DNA of 64,000 bases from a phage, in the NCBI GenBank assembly GCA_026188615.1, contig GCA_026188615.1_4525.1. One strand, given 5' to 3'. Position numbers and translations under genes: made by a program. The notes below the pieces were generated by a model, which was not told where the DNA came from, made no database searches, and worked only from the letters and a program-made list of their open reading frames with translations. Below, piece by piece: positions 1-9,627 of this stretch; within the stretch, counting starts at the first letter, position 1; each line of letters begins with the position of its first letter.

Positions 1-858
1 CCGGCGTATGCCGGAACTTCATCTAATGGTATCATATCAGATTTAACTGATAATGTGAAAGATGCAGTGACTAAATTCTCTAATGGGTTGCTTCCTGCCG
101 GAGCTAATAAATCTACTATAAATAAAACTCCTGTTGCTAATATACTTTTGCCACGTTCCAAATCTGACGTTGATACAACTTCACATCGTTTTAATGATAT
201 CGGTGATAGCCTTATTACTAAAGGTGGAGGTACTGCTACAGGTGTTTTAAGTAACATTGCTTCTACTGCAGTCTTTGGTGCATTAGATTCTATTACTCAA
301 GGGCTTATGGCTGATAACAACGAACAGATTTATACGACTTCTCGTAGTATGTATGGCGGTGCTGAGAACCGTACTAAAGTATTTACATGGGATTTAACTC
401 CACGTTCAACTGAAGACCTTATGGCTATTATAAACATTTACCAGTATTTTAACTATTTCTCATATGGTGAGACCGGTAAATCACAGTACGCCCAAGAGAT
501 TAAAAGTTATTTAGACGAATGGTATCGTTCAACGTTTATTGAGCCTATGACGCCAGATGATGCAGTAAAAAATAAGACATTGTTTGAAAAGATTACTGCG
601 TCATTAACAAACGTATTAGTTGTAAGCAACCCTACAATTTGGATGGTTAAAAACTTTGGTTATACATCTAAATTTGATGGATTAACTGACGTATTTGGTC
701 CATGTCAAATTCAAAGCGTACGTTTTGATAAAACTCCAAATGGACAATTTAATGGTCTCGCTGTTGCTCCTAACTTACCATCAACATTTACGTTAGAGAT
801 AACAATGCGAGAAATTATTACATTAAACCGTTCTTCACTTTATGCGGGGACTTTCTAA
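1..858 (+). CDS. 48: baseplate tail tube cap gp48, C-terminal part (5' end lies outside window)
   Basis: Frame-1 ORF open from window edge to stop at 858; directly upstream of 320-aa gp54-sized ORF; T4 order 48-54-alt-30. Confidence 0.7.
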   Translation, partial: PAYAGTSSNGIISDLTDNVKDAVTKFSNGLLPAGANKSTINKTPVANILLPRSKSDVDTTSHRFNDIGDSLITKGGGTATGVLSNIASTAVFGALDSITQGLMADNNEQIYTTSRSMYGGAENRTKVFTWDLTPRSTEDLMAIINIYQYFNYFSYGETGKSQYAQEIKSYLDEWYRSTFIEPMTPDDAVKNKTLFEKITASLTNVLVVSNPTIWMVKNFGYTSKFDGLTDVFGPCQIQSVRFDKTPNGQFNGLAVAPNLPSTFTLEITMREIITLNRSSLYAGTF

Positions 859-1820
859 TGTACTCTTTAGAAGAATTTAATAACCAAGCTATAAATGCAG
901 ATTTCCAACGAAACAATATGTTTAGTTGTGTATTTGCTACTACCCCATCGACCAAATCATCTTCACTAATTTCGTCAATTGGTAGTTTTACTTATAATAA
1001 CTTAGGGTTGGATTCCGATTGGCTAGGATTGTCTCAAGGTGATATCAATCAGGGCATAACAACCCTGACTACAGCAGGAACACAGAAATTAATTCGAAAA
1101 TCAGGTACAAATAAATATCTGATTGGAGCAATGAGCCAACGTACGGTACAAAGCTTGTTAGGTGAGTTCACGGTAGGAACTTATCTGATAGATTTCTTCA
1201 ATATGGCATATAATAATACAGGTTTAATGATTTATTCTGTAAAAATGCCTGAGAACCGATTATCTTATGAAACGGATTTCAACTATAACTCCCCGAACAT
1301 CAGAATTACCGGCCGTGAAATGGACCCATTAGTAATAAGCTTTAGAATGGATTCCGAAGCATCTAACTTTAGAGCAATGCAAGACTGGGTAAACTCAGTC
1401 CAAGACCCTGTAACAGGTCTTCGTGCTTTACCACAAGACGTCGAAGCAGATATTCAGGTTAATTTACATGCACGAAATGGTTTACCACATACAGTTACCA
1501 TGTTCACTGGATGTATTCCTGTTAGTGTCTCTTCTCCTGAGTTAACATATGATGGTGATAATCAGATAACAGTTTTTGACGTAACATTTGCTTATCGCGT
1601 TATGCAATCAGGTGCTGTAAATAGACAGGCTGCTTTAGAATGGCTGGAATCAGGACTTATTAGTAGCGTTTCAGGAATGTTTGGGAATAATCAAAATGAT
1701 TCTGGGCTAGGAAGTGCAGTATCAAGACTTTCTAGATTAGGTGGGACCGCTGGAGGTGTGTCTAATATAAACACAATGACAGGTATGGTGAATTCTACAT
1801 CAAGAGTTTTAGGTCTATAA
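858..1820 (+). CDS. 54: baseplate tail tube initiator gp54
   Basis: 320 aa, same length as T4 gp54; position between gene 48 and alt; followed by hairpin terminator. Confidence 0.75.
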   Translation: MYSLEEFNNQAINADFQRNNMFSCVFATTPSTKSSSLISSIGSFTYNNLGLDSDWLGLSQGDINQGITTLTTAGTQKLIRKSGTNKYLIGAMSQRTVQSLLGEFTVGTYLIDFFNMAYNNTGLMIYSVKMPENRLSYETDFNYNSPNIRITGREMDPLVISFRMDSEASNFRAMQDWVNSVQDPVTGLRALPQDVEADIQVNLHARNGLPHTVTMFTGCIPVSVSSPELTYDGDNQITVFDVTFAYRVMQSGAVNRQAALEWLESGLISSVSGMFGNNQNDSGLGSAVSRLSRLGGTAGGVSNINTMTGMVNSTSRVLGL

Positions 1821-1821
1821 G

Positions 1822-1847
1822 AAAAAAGGGAGACAACGTCTCCCTTT
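1822..1847. terminator. bidirectional hairpin terminator (GGGAGAC-AAC-GTCTCCC flanked by A and T runs)
   Basis: Perfect 7-bp GC stem read directly; A-run upstream and T-run downstream; between convergent genes 54 (+) and 1854..2147 (-). Confidence 0.55.
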
Positions 1848-1853
1848 AGGGGT

Positions 1854-2147
1854 TTATTTACGGAATGAAAGGAATGCTGGTGCTCGGAATGGAGTATCAT
1901 CTTTAGAGTATTTAACTAATACGACCATTGGTACCTCTGTTTCTAAATGACCTGTCACTACACCGATAAAAATTTGATCAGTGTGCTCAGGGTCACGAAA
2001 GTTTTTAAGAGGTTCCATAGCAATATGGAATGCACCTGGGAATACTCGATTCAATTCGTCAATCACAGCTTCGTTAAAAACATCATCCGCTGGGATAGCA
2101 TCTTCAACTACTAGTTCTTGACCATTAAAGCGAAGCATAGATTTCAT
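1854..2147 (-). CDS. hypothetical small early protein (alt-proximal); start set at internal Met with GAGGA RBS
   Basis: ORF track 1854..2186; first 13 codons overlap promoter -10 region, so real start likely MKSML at 2147. Confidence 0.4.
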   Translation of the reverse strand: MKSMLRFNGQELVVEDAIPADDVFNEAVIDELNRVFPGAFHIAMEPLKNFRDPEHTDQIFIGVVTGHLETEVPMVVLVKYSKDDTPFRAPAFLSFRK

Positions 2148-2174
2148 AACGTTTTCCTCATGTTGTTGATAGGA

Positions 2175-2207
2175 TGATAGTATCACACATCCATGTGTTT
2201 GTAAACT
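2175..2207 (-). promoter_or_regulatory. T4 early-type sigma70 promoter (-35 TTTACA, 17-bp spacer, -10 TACTAT)
   Basis: Read on minus strand: TTTACA (2200..2205) and TACTAT (2177..2182). Confidence 0.5.
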
Positions 2208-4293
2208 ATCCTTGGATAAATTTAAACGGAACTGATTCTAAATCCATTAAAGATGCTAACAATTTCAAACCTTTAGGTGCACTAGTTTTTTCTACAAATG
2301 AGGCAAAAGATACCGGCTCATCTGATTCGATTTCACCCGTCATAGCAACTACCTCGCCTGTTTCCATGAGAACATCACCATCGTAAATGACAGCTTCGTC
2401 CAACTGGTCCGAGGACATGACTTCAGCTTGAATAAATTTAAGGTTGGATTCTAAACCTGCACCAGTGTCAGATGACGCATCTGTAATTTTATTTATCTGC
2501 AAGAGAATGCCTCTAGGCAAAATAATTTCTTGCTCATTAGGGTGATTACTCAACTGTCCGGGATAAATCACGTTAACTTTATGAGCGCCATCGATAGCCC
2601 ATCCAACGTTAACACGGATTTGTTCTGGTGCATGCATAGCTGTTCTTACTTGGCTAGGAGAAATAGTAACACCTTCGTCATTATTATCAATGTTAAGCTC
2701 TTTGCGAACTTCTTCAGGAGCAAGTCCAAGGGCAACGTTCTCTTTAAACCCGCCGAAAATAATAGGAGCTAGTGAAGTGGAAACATAGTTTCTGAAGTAG
2801 AATACCTTATTTTTAACCATTGCTTCGTAAATAGGCATTCTGATAGACTGGGCTCTATACAACGTTAGTCCTTCAGGTAAACGGTCTCCATTTAAAAACG
2901 CCGAATCAAGACCATCAATAGCGCGTTTAACTTCATCTTCATCTGCAACATCATAAAAATCCGGTTTATAACGGCCTAACAACATATTATTGATATCGGT
3001 ATACGCAGAAGAGGCATATTCGCGAATAGCTCGTTTTTCAGCAACAGAGTATTGTTTAGGGTCCCGATTCATTGTTATATTAAAGGTGCCTCTAGCCGAT
3101 TCTCGTGCATAGGTATACATCACATTAGACAAGAACGCTGATTTACGTTGTTTCCAAGTTTTTTCAGATACTTCAGCTAAAACATCGTCGGCCAGTTGGA
3201 AATTATCACGTCTAAAATCTTCAAACCATTCGTCTTTAATAGAGTCCGCAATTTCGTTTGCAGCTTCAACAAAAGCAGCTAATGCTTTAACAGATGTTGT
3301 TTTTTCAGTTTTAATTTTCTTAGCAAACTTTTCTAAAGTTGGCTTAATAACACTACCATAAGAAACTTCATCAGCAAATCTAAAGGATTCATCAATACGA
3401 TTATAAATCTTATTTTCGATATCAGCAACTAAAGTGCCTTTTGCTGTGGATGATGCTTGAGCTAGTACGATTTCATATGCTTCAGGAAGTAATTCGGCTG
3501 TAGCCGGGCCACTAACTTCTTTAGCAGAATTTTCGTATTTCTGGAATAACTCACCTTCTTGGCGGTCAGCTTCTAAAGATTGACTTGCTGCAATAGCACG
3601 ACGAGAAATTTTAGTACGAGCAATAACAGGCTTATCTTTACGTTTTTCTTCTACAGCAGCAATAGAACCAGCGATAGCCGTTTCTTTGGTGACCTTTTCG
3701 CCGGTCTTTTTACTCACATAAACTTCGCCAACATCAGAATCTACTTTCGCGTACAACTCTGTGTTAATGTTAGGGATGCCTTTAATATCTTCAATGTTGG
3801 CATTTTTACGAACCATCATCACATAGGTGTGTTTACCTGTGAATTGATACATTGCCGACAATACTTTAAAACGACCGCCGGTTTTAGTAGAAACTAAACG
3901 AGCAAGAAGAGTTTGAAGCTGCTGTCCACGTCCTTTCAATTTCTTGGTAGGGAACCGGAACAGAACTGCATCCATACGAAGAGCTTTAACCCGTTCATAT
4001 ACTGTATTGAAAATAGTGTTGATTGCATCAATAGGAGCAGGACCAAGGCCATTTTTCAATTCAGCGAGATTACCCTTTTCAGACAGACTCATAATAACAA
4101 CATGAGCGTATTTGTCGCCAAGTTTAACTTGTTTTACAGCGTCGCCTTCGGAAAGGTAAGAGAATAAACGAACTACGATGTTTGTATCGATATCACCAAT
4201 TTTCCAGACTTGTGGAACTTTAGCTTTAGGGTTCAAATTGACGACAGGAAGACTGCCTTCAGATTCAAACACTTCATTTAATTGTTCAGACAT
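2206..4293 (-). CDS. alt: Alt ADP-ribosyltransferase (packaged internal head protein)
   Basis: 695 aa vs T4 Alt 682 aa; position between gene 54 and gene 30. Confidence 0.75.
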   Translation of the reverse strand: MSEQLNEVFESEGSLPVVNLNPKAKVPQVWKIGDIDTNIVVRLFSYLSEGDAVKQVKLGDKYAHVVIMSLSEKGNLAELKNGLGPAPIDAINTIFNTVYERVKALRMDAVLFRFPTKKLKGRGQQLQTLLARLVSTKTGGRFKVLSAMYQFTGKHTYVMMVRKNANIEDIKGIPNINTELYAKVDSDVGEVYVSKKTGEKVTKETAIAGSIAAVEEKRKDKPVIARTKISRRAIAASQSLEADRQEGELFQKYENSAKEVSGPATAELLPEAYEIVLAQASSTAKGTLVADIENKIYNRIDESFRFADEVSYGSVIKPTLEKFAKKIKTEKTTSVKALAAFVEAANEIADSIKDEWFEDFRRDNFQLADDVLAEVSEKTWKQRKSAFLSNVMYTYARESARGTFNITMNRDPKQYSVAEKRAIREYASSAYTDINNMLLGRYKPDFYDVADEDEVKRAIDGLDSAFLNGDRLPEGLTLYRAQSIRMPIYEAMVKNKVFYFRNYVSTSLAPIIFGGFKENVALGLAPEEVRKELNIDNNDEGVTISPSQVRTAMHAPEQIRVNVGWAIDGAHKVNVIYPGQLSNHPNEQEIILPRGILLQINKITDASSDTGAGLESNLKFIQAEVMSSDQLDEAVIYDGDVLMETGEVVAMTGEIESDEPVSFASFVEKTSAPKGLKLLASLMDLESVPFKFIQG

Positions 4294-4333
4294 AGTGTTT
4301 TCCTTTTAGTAATAATTTATATTTATGCCAAAA

Positions 4334-4349
4334 AGAGCCCGAAGGCTCT
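4334..4349 (-). terminator. hairpin with UUCG tetraloop on minus-strand transcript (AGAGCC-CGAA-GGCTCT on plus)
   Basis: 6-bp stem read directly; U-run follows on minus strand. Confidence 0.45.
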
Positions 4350-4537
4350 TAATCCACAATAGGAAGCAAAGTACGATAAACTTCAAAATTAGAGCCTTTT
4401 TCGTACTTATCGAAATTGTCCATAAAAATATGATAGGAATCGTTATTAGGAAAATCTAATATAATCTGAGAGCAAGAGGTGGAAACATCTCCACCATCCT
4501 TCTTAGCTACAATAACTGTTTCTAAATAAGCTTTCAT
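4349..4537 (-). CDS. hypothetical small protein
   Basis: ORF track 4349..4558 trimmed to Met (MKAYLET) whose ATG overlaps ligase stop (TAATG). Confidence 0.35.
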   Translation of the reverse strand: MKAYLETVIVAKKDGGDVSTSCSQIILDFPNNDSYHIFMDNFDKYEKGSNFEVYRTLLPIVD

Positions 4538-6030
4538 TATAAACCTGTCTGGGACCACGGTCCAAATACGTCTTCAAATGAATCCGCTTCTGTTTTATCA
4601 AAACGGAACCCTTTAATAATTGGAAGGAAAATACCTACAGTACCTTCACGGCCTTTAGAATGAACCCAACCATTGCATTCACAATCAGCAATACGTCCAA
4701 TCAATTTACCTTCACGAGCTTCGGTCATTAATCGTTCACGGTCCAAATCATGACGCTCATCTAAAGGAATAAGAACCTTTACACCATCAACTGTTTTATG
4801 AGTTGTATCTTTAAACCCTGAACCACAATCAGTTGTAATACGACGACAACGTGATACGAGTTCGACACCACCTAATTTGTTAGGGTCTTTAGAGTGTTCA
4901 TAGTATCCTACAACTTCTAAAGCGATATCAATAACTTCTTTAAATTTAATTAGGTTCTTAGAGCGTTTGTTTTCCCAGTATGAATCACGGTTTTTAAGGA
5001 TAATACCTTCAAGACCTTGGTCAACATATTTTTTATAAACCACTTTAGCTTCGTCAAGATTACGAACTAACTGATTTTCAATTGGCTCAATTCGCTTAAA
5101 GCCTTCAGCCATATTTTCAAGAGCAGCAAAACGAACATCGTATTTCTGACCTTTAATTTTACCGTCAGAATAGACTTCATCTAAAGGAACATAGTCCCAG
5201 GCTTGAAGAACCATACCTTCAGCTTCTTTAGGAGAAATAGTCCCTTGAAGAGATTTATTTGCTAAACCGTTTGAAGTGCTACGGTCCGCAACTTGTACTT
5301 CTTCGGATTCTTCATTATCACCAAATAAGAACGACAGGTCATTTCCTGAGCTCACAGCCTTTTTAATATCAAATGAATGGTAAACTAATTCACCGTCGAT
5401 TAAAACCCCATTAGGGTGTCTTTCACGAGCTTCTTTAGTCATTTCCATTAGTTCATCCGCTAATAGAGTAAGACCATGATATTCGTTGCCGGCACGAGAA
5501 AAGAATTGAACACCATCATCGCGAACTTCAGCGAAACAACGAGCACCATCTGCTTTTAATTGGGCAAATGCAGGCCATTTAATATTTTTAGTAATCAATT
5601 TCTCGTCATATGCAGATGCTAACATCTGTGGTTGCAATTGAATAAGTCCAGGCCACACCTTATTCGCGATAGACACTGAAGCACCTACTTCAAGGTCGCG
5701 CATCATTACACGACGAAGGACTTCTACATCATCAGGTTTACCATCAGCGATATAACCCATGAGCTCTTTAATTGCAGCATTACCAGTGAGTTTACGAGTG
5801 GCTAATGTGAACTCAATAAAATCCAACATGTCATCTAATTCAAGAAGACCATACGCTTGAGACCTTTCACCTGGTCCTGGCCATTTCTTAATATAATACT
5901 GGATACCACGTGCATATGTTAAACGATACACACGTTCAAGTAATTTGTTGTCCTTATTTTTCTTAAGGATTTCCTGTTTTGTTTTAGTAGAACCGATCGC
6001 AGCTATTTGGTTTAAAATATCTAAAATCAT
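4537..6030 (-). CDS. 30: ATP-dependent DNA ligase gp30
   Basis: 497 aa; near-colinear with recalled T4 ligase (MIL.ILN..A.IGSTK, KADGARCFAEVR adenylation lysine motif, ECECNGW near C-term). Confidence 0.95.
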   Translation of the reverse strand: MILDILNQIAAIGSTKTKQEILKKNKDNKLLERVYRLTYARGIQYYIKKWPGPGERSQAYGLLELDDMLDFIEFTLATRKLTGNAAIKELMGYIADGKPDDVEVLRRVMMRDLEVGASVSIANKVWPGLIQLQPQMLASAYDEKLITKNIKWPAFAQLKADGARCFAEVRDDGVQFFSRAGNEYHGLTLLADELMEMTKEARERHPNGVLIDGELVYHSFDIKKAVSSGNDLSFLFGDNEESEEVQVADRSTSNGLANKSLQGTISPKEAEGMVLQAWDYVPLDEVYSDGKIKGQKYDVRFAALENMAEGFKRIEPIENQLVRNLDEAKVVYKKYVDQGLEGIILKNRDSYWENKRSKNLIKFKEVIDIALEVVGYYEHSKDPNKLGGVELVSRCRRITTDCGSGFKDTTHKTVDGVKVLIPLDERHDLDRERLMTEAREGKLIGRIADCECNGWVHSKGREGTVGIFLPIIKGFRFDKTEADSFEDVFGPWSQTGL

Positions 6031-6296
6031 TTGATGTCCTCGATTTTGGTTACGGTTCTATTATAAGCCACTTCATCTAGAAGCGATTTCAGCGTTTTCT
6101 GATAAGTTGTAATCCATTTACCGAGTCCTTCAACATAGTATTCTGAAATGTAGATGAACCCTTGTTCAACACACTCTTTAAATATTTCTGCGTCTTTTAC
6201 TGAACGAAACAATGGCCAGTCTCGAAAGAACATGTTAACGTGACCGTAGTCACGTGTGGTATTTTTGCCATCTGTAATATCATGAACTACAAACAT
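6027..6296 (-). CDS. hypothetical protein (30.1 position)
   Basis: 89-aa ORF overlapping ligase start by 4 nt; synteny. Confidence 0.5.
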   Translation of the reverse strand: MFVVHDITDGKNTTRDYGHVNMFFRDWPLFRSVKDAEIFKECVEQGFIYISEYYVEGLGKWITTYQKTLKSLLDEVAYNRTVTKIEDIK

Positions 6297-6305
6297 AATT
6301 AACCC

Positions 6306-7130
6306 TTAACAATTTATAGACCAAGTCCATTTAGACGAATCTAAAGGAAAGTTTTGAATCGTCCACCACGGCTGCATATCAGTTGGTCCTGGGGTTCGCC
6401 AGGTGTATGGAGTACGTGTTGTCGAGGGGCCACCAATTTGATTAGGCCATGCACCTGGACTTGTTGCACCAGATTCTTTAAGCAAATCCGCCAATCGTTT
6501 TAAAAGGTCTTCACGATCTGAATCTGAATTATTCTTAGGCAGAACCAAACGAGATTCAATATCATCCCACGTGTGTACACGTTGTGCAGTACGAGGAATG
6601 GCATCACGTTCACCACGAGCCAACCAATAAATCGGTACATTAAGAATTTCTGCCGCATGGTCACAATGATGAGCTAAATCGTCAACGTAACAAATTACGT
6701 TATATTTTGTTTTAGCTAGTTCGAATAATTGTTCCTTTGAAGAATCATGACCACACATCATTACTTCAGAGAAAGCGCCTGGGAACAAAGCATTCAAATT
6801 AAATTGTCTATTCAATCGAGCATCAATTGAATCACCTAGCGCCGTCACGGCTACAAAATTATAGTCTTCTTTTAGTTTATTGATAACTCGAAGAGCATCA
6901 GAATAAGGCGCTAAGTAACGAATAAAATCAGAGCTATTATATTTTTCTATTAATTGTTTACCAAGGTTATCGTCGGTATTGAACAGTTTACCAGGAGAAA
7001 TAAATTTTTCGTCCTGAATCATTTTTAAAATATGTTCTAATGGAAGGTTATATTTTTGGGCAAAATAAGGAAGTCCAGATTGCCAGCTTAAACATACACC
7101 ATCAATATCAGTCAAAATAGTAGGCTTCAT
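6306..7130 (-). CDS. HAD-superfamily hydrolase-like protein (30.2 position)
   Basis: N-terminal LTDIDGV (DxDG[TV] motif I) and CYVDD (motif IV-like) seen in translation; 274 aa. Confidence 0.55.
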   Translation of the reverse strand: MKPTILTDIDGVCLSWQSGLPYFAQKYNLPLEHILKMIQDEKFISPGKLFNTDDNLGKQLIEKYNSSDFIRYLAPYSDALRVINKLKEDYNFVAVTALGDSIDARLNRQFNLNALFPGAFSEVMMCGHDSSKEQLFELAKTKYNVICYVDDLAHHCDHAAEILNVPIYWLARGERDAIPRTAQRVHTWDDIESRLVLPKNNSDSDREDLLKRLADLLKESGATSPGAWPNQIGGPSTTRTPYTWRTPGPTDMQPWWTIQNFPLDSSKWTWSINC

Positions 7131-7594
7131 AAAGAGTCTCTTAATAGGTTTAACACGTCAATAAATTCATCTTCAGTTAGTATTGTATCATCTTTTGTTA
7201 GGTGGCTGGCCATGCTGTGCTTCAAAATTTTTCCTTTAGAGGCTTGTAAGGCATCACGAAACCCCTTGTTTTGGATCGCGGCTTCAAAATATGCATTTGT
7301 GTATAATTCTTTCCACGCTTCAGAGTATCTTGAAAATGGAACTCCTAACCAGAAGAGAGTCCCACGGTCCTGAGCTCTTGCATAAGACCTTCCAGCTTGC
7401 TGTGCAGCCAATCCAGACAACCCAAATATACGTCTTTGTTGTTCAACATTTTTCACCTTACATCCTTGGAGAAATCCTTCAAGACCTCCGAATTGAATAC
7501 CATCCATAACAAAAGGCCATTGAGCAAAGTTACTTAATGCACACGACGGCCATTTGAAATTACTTCTTATTTCTAATTCAGACATCTTTAACAC
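7127..7594 (-). CDS. NADAR/YbiA-like domain protein (30.3 position)
   Basis: LSNFAQWPFVMDGIQF matches recalled YbiA core FSNFAAWPIKVDGKTW; 155 aa. Confidence 0.6.
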   Translation of the reverse strand: MLKMSELEIRSNFKWPSCALSNFAQWPFVMDGIQFGGLEGFLQGCKVKNVEQQRRIFGLSGLAAQQAGRSYARAQDRGTLFWLGVPFSRYSEAWKELYTNAYFEAAIQNKGFRDALQASKGKILKHSMASHLTKDDTILTEDEFIDVLNLLRDSL

Positions 7595-7796
7595 TTATAA
7601 TTTCAACATCAGCCCAATGTCCGTATCCAGGTATACGGTCTTCGATAGATAAATTTCTGTCATTTTTAGGCATTTTAATTGACGTAACGTATGGTTCTAA
7701 ACGGTTTTCCGCGTAATATGGAAAAACGTCGGTTACACGATAAGTAACTTCAATCATTTCCGTACCAAACAATTTCTGGATTAATTTATTCAACAT
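7578..7796 (-). CDS. hypothetical small protein (30.x cluster)
   Basis: 72-aa ORF in tightly packed minus-strand cluster. Confidence 0.4.
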   Translation of the reverse strand: MLNKLIQKLFGTEMIEVTYRVTDVFPYYAENRLEPYVTSIKMPKNDRNLSIEDRIPGYGHWADVEIISVKDV

Positions 7797-7983
7797 GTTT
7801 CAACCCTTTAATAGGAGATAACTCTTTACCCATACGTATGTCAGAAGTCCCATCAACCCATTGAACAGCATACGCTTCATTGATAATTCCAGCGGCAGTT
7901 TTAAATTCGTTGAGAACTTTAAAAATCATCCCAGGGATTCCAACACCTTTTAATTGGACTGTTTGTGCTATTAAAAATTTCAT
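7786..7983 (-). CDS. hypothetical small protein (30.x cluster)
   Basis: 65-aa ORF, overlaps neighbours by a few nt as typical for T4 early clusters. Confidence 0.4.
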   Translation of the reverse strand: MKFLIAQTVQLKGVGIPGMIFKVLNEFKTAAGIINEAYAVQWVDGTSDIRMGKELSPIKGLKHVE

Positions 7984-8037
7984 ATTTTTCCACTTACTAA
8001 AGAAATCATTATACTCTAATCCGTCCTTGGATGTACA

Positions 8038-8682
8038 CTACTTAATGAAATTAATTTCTACCGGATGAACAACAGGTTGAGCAGTGATATATTGAGTAAT
8101 TGCTTTCATGACTAGAGCTTCAGAACCAGGATTTTTCTCAACGAATTCACGTGCTAGGTTATGAGCTTCGAGTTCACTCAATAAACCGGAACGCTGGCAT
8201 CCACGGTCTTGAGTACCCTGTTCAGATAAAAGGACTACTACATATTTTTCATCGTCGTAGGGCTTAGCCAGTTGAGCAAATGTTCCTTTACTTCCAAAAG
8301 GAGAGTTATGTCGCCACATCACGCCGTGAGGAGTTTCAACCTTCGTATATTCGTGCGGTCCATTTTTCTTAGTTTCTTGATGTGGAACTTCATAGACCTT
8401 AGGGTTAGGACATTCAATAAAATGCTCATCTAAATCGGTCGAGAATATTAAAGTAAAACAATTACTGAATTTACCAACACCGGCCTGATAAATTTTACCT
8501 TCAGAAGTTCTAATTTCACAAACCGAGCCGGCATCAGTAACTTCTAAAACTTCAAAAGGCTCGATAAGGTCATATGAGAACATGTTTTTAAGGCGTGGAG
8601 TAATATCCCCATTTTTAAAATTCATTTTATAAAAAGTATTAACTTTAAACATAATTTCCTCAATGAGAGCCGAAGCTCCCAA
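8038..8682 (-). CDS. hypothetical protein, 214 aa (30.x cluster)
   Basis: Long ORF in coding-dense minus-strand cluster; no recognisable motif. Confidence 0.5.
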   Translation of the reverse strand: MGASALIEEIMFKVNTFYKMNFKNGDITPRLKNMFSYDLIEPFEVLEVTDAGSVCEIRTSEGKIYQAGVGKFSNCFTLIFSTDLDEHFIECPNPKVYEVPHQETKKNGPHEYTKVETPHGVMWRHNSPFGSKGTFAQLAKPYDDEKYVVVLLSEQGTQDRGCQRSGLLSELEAHNLAREFVEKNPGSEALVMKAITQYITAQPVVHPVEINFIK

Positions 8683-8687
8683 TTAAT

Positions 8688-9053
8688 TTAGATATCAAAT
8701 TCGTTAAGAACTACATCAAAGATTGCTTCGAGATGTTCAGGTTTAGCTCGGTTGCTCAGGATATGACGAATCCAAGTTTTAACCAGAAGTTTACGATTAA
8801 CACCATTCCAGCAAGGATGAGTACCTAAATCACGCTGACGGAAATCATCATCTAATGCAATTTTAAAATTTGAACCTTCCATCGTGATTGAAACCGTGAT
8901 ACCATTTTCAAATCGCATATAAACGTAATTAGGAGTCATGCACTGTTCGATTTCACAAACTGTACCGTTTTCGTGTTTCCATAAGCAAATAACTTCAGAA
9001 GAACCAGCAATACCGTTAGAAACATATTTACGTTCGAAGTTGGTGTAGTTCAT
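8688..9053 (-). CDS. hypothetical protein, 121 aa (30.x cluster)
   Basis: ORF preceded by early promoter-like element near 9085..9122. Confidence 0.5.
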   Translation of the reverse strand: MNYTNFERKYVSNGIAGSSEVICLWKHENGTVCEIEQCMTPNYVYMRFENGITVSITMEGSNFKIALDDDFRQRDLGTHPCWNGVNRKLLVKTWIRHILSNRAKPEHLEAIFDVVLNEFDI

Positions 9054-9127
9054 TTTATTCTCCAGATGTTTAAGTTGTTTGTTGGTACAGGTCTATAATA
9101 ACATAACCTGTACCAAAGTAAACTGTT

Positions 9128-9496
9128 TTATGCAACTTTAATCCAATTGTCTAAATTTAAAACACCTTTGGCTTTCATTTTTTCGATCAGGTTATCTGCT
9201 GTAATGCGTCCATTTTGATACCATGTAACATCTTCAGAGTAACCAGTTTCTTCGTCAACATATGTTTCTGAACGAATTTTACCGGTAATAATAGTTTTTA
9301 ATTCATATGTGTCACCTGTGAAAAAGTTTGCTAACACAATTTTCCAAGAGAAATCATCTGAAGGACCTTCAGGGGTCATACAACCTACGAACTCAAATTG
9401 CTCTTTGTATAACATCCACTGGAATTCTTTAATTTCGATAGCTTTATAACCGTCGTGGTCTTTACATTTGATGTATGAGTTCAGATTGATTTTCAT
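9128..9496 (-). CDS. hypothetical protein, 122 aa (30.x cluster)
   Basis: ORF preceded by early promoter-like element near 9530..9575. Confidence 0.5.
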   Translation of the reverse strand: MKINLNSYIKCKDHDGYKAIEIKEFQWMLYKEQFEFVGCMTPEGPSDDFSWKIVLANFFTGDTYELKTIITGKIRSETYVDEETGYSEDVTWYQNGRITADNLIEKMKAKGVLNLDNWIKVA

Positions 9497-9604
9497 TTTG
9501 TTCTCCGGTTTGTTTTATCGATTAGGTGGTACAAGTCTATAGTAACACATCCTACAGGAGAGTAAACATCTTTTTTAAACTTTTTCTGCCCTAAACGCAC
9601 AAAA

Positions 9605-9622
9605 GGGAGACCGAAGTCTCCC
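9605..9622 (-). terminator. intrinsic terminator hairpin GGGAGAC-UUCG-GUCUCCC followed by U-run (minus-strand transcript)
   Basis: Perfect 7-bp stem with CGAA loop on plus strand; AAAA at 9601..9604. Confidence 0.6.
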
Positions 9623-9627
9623 TAAAA

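Noticed and set aside
2530-2772. Plus-strand 80-aa ORF (and similar ones at 3580..3897, 3913..4167) inside the alt gene
   Set aside because: Lie antisense within a well-supported long gene; low-complexity translations; treated as shadow ORFs.
4300-4330. Possible late promoter upstream of alt
   Set aside because: Best minus-strand match is CATAAATA/TAAATATA, not the exact TATAAATA consensus; not called.
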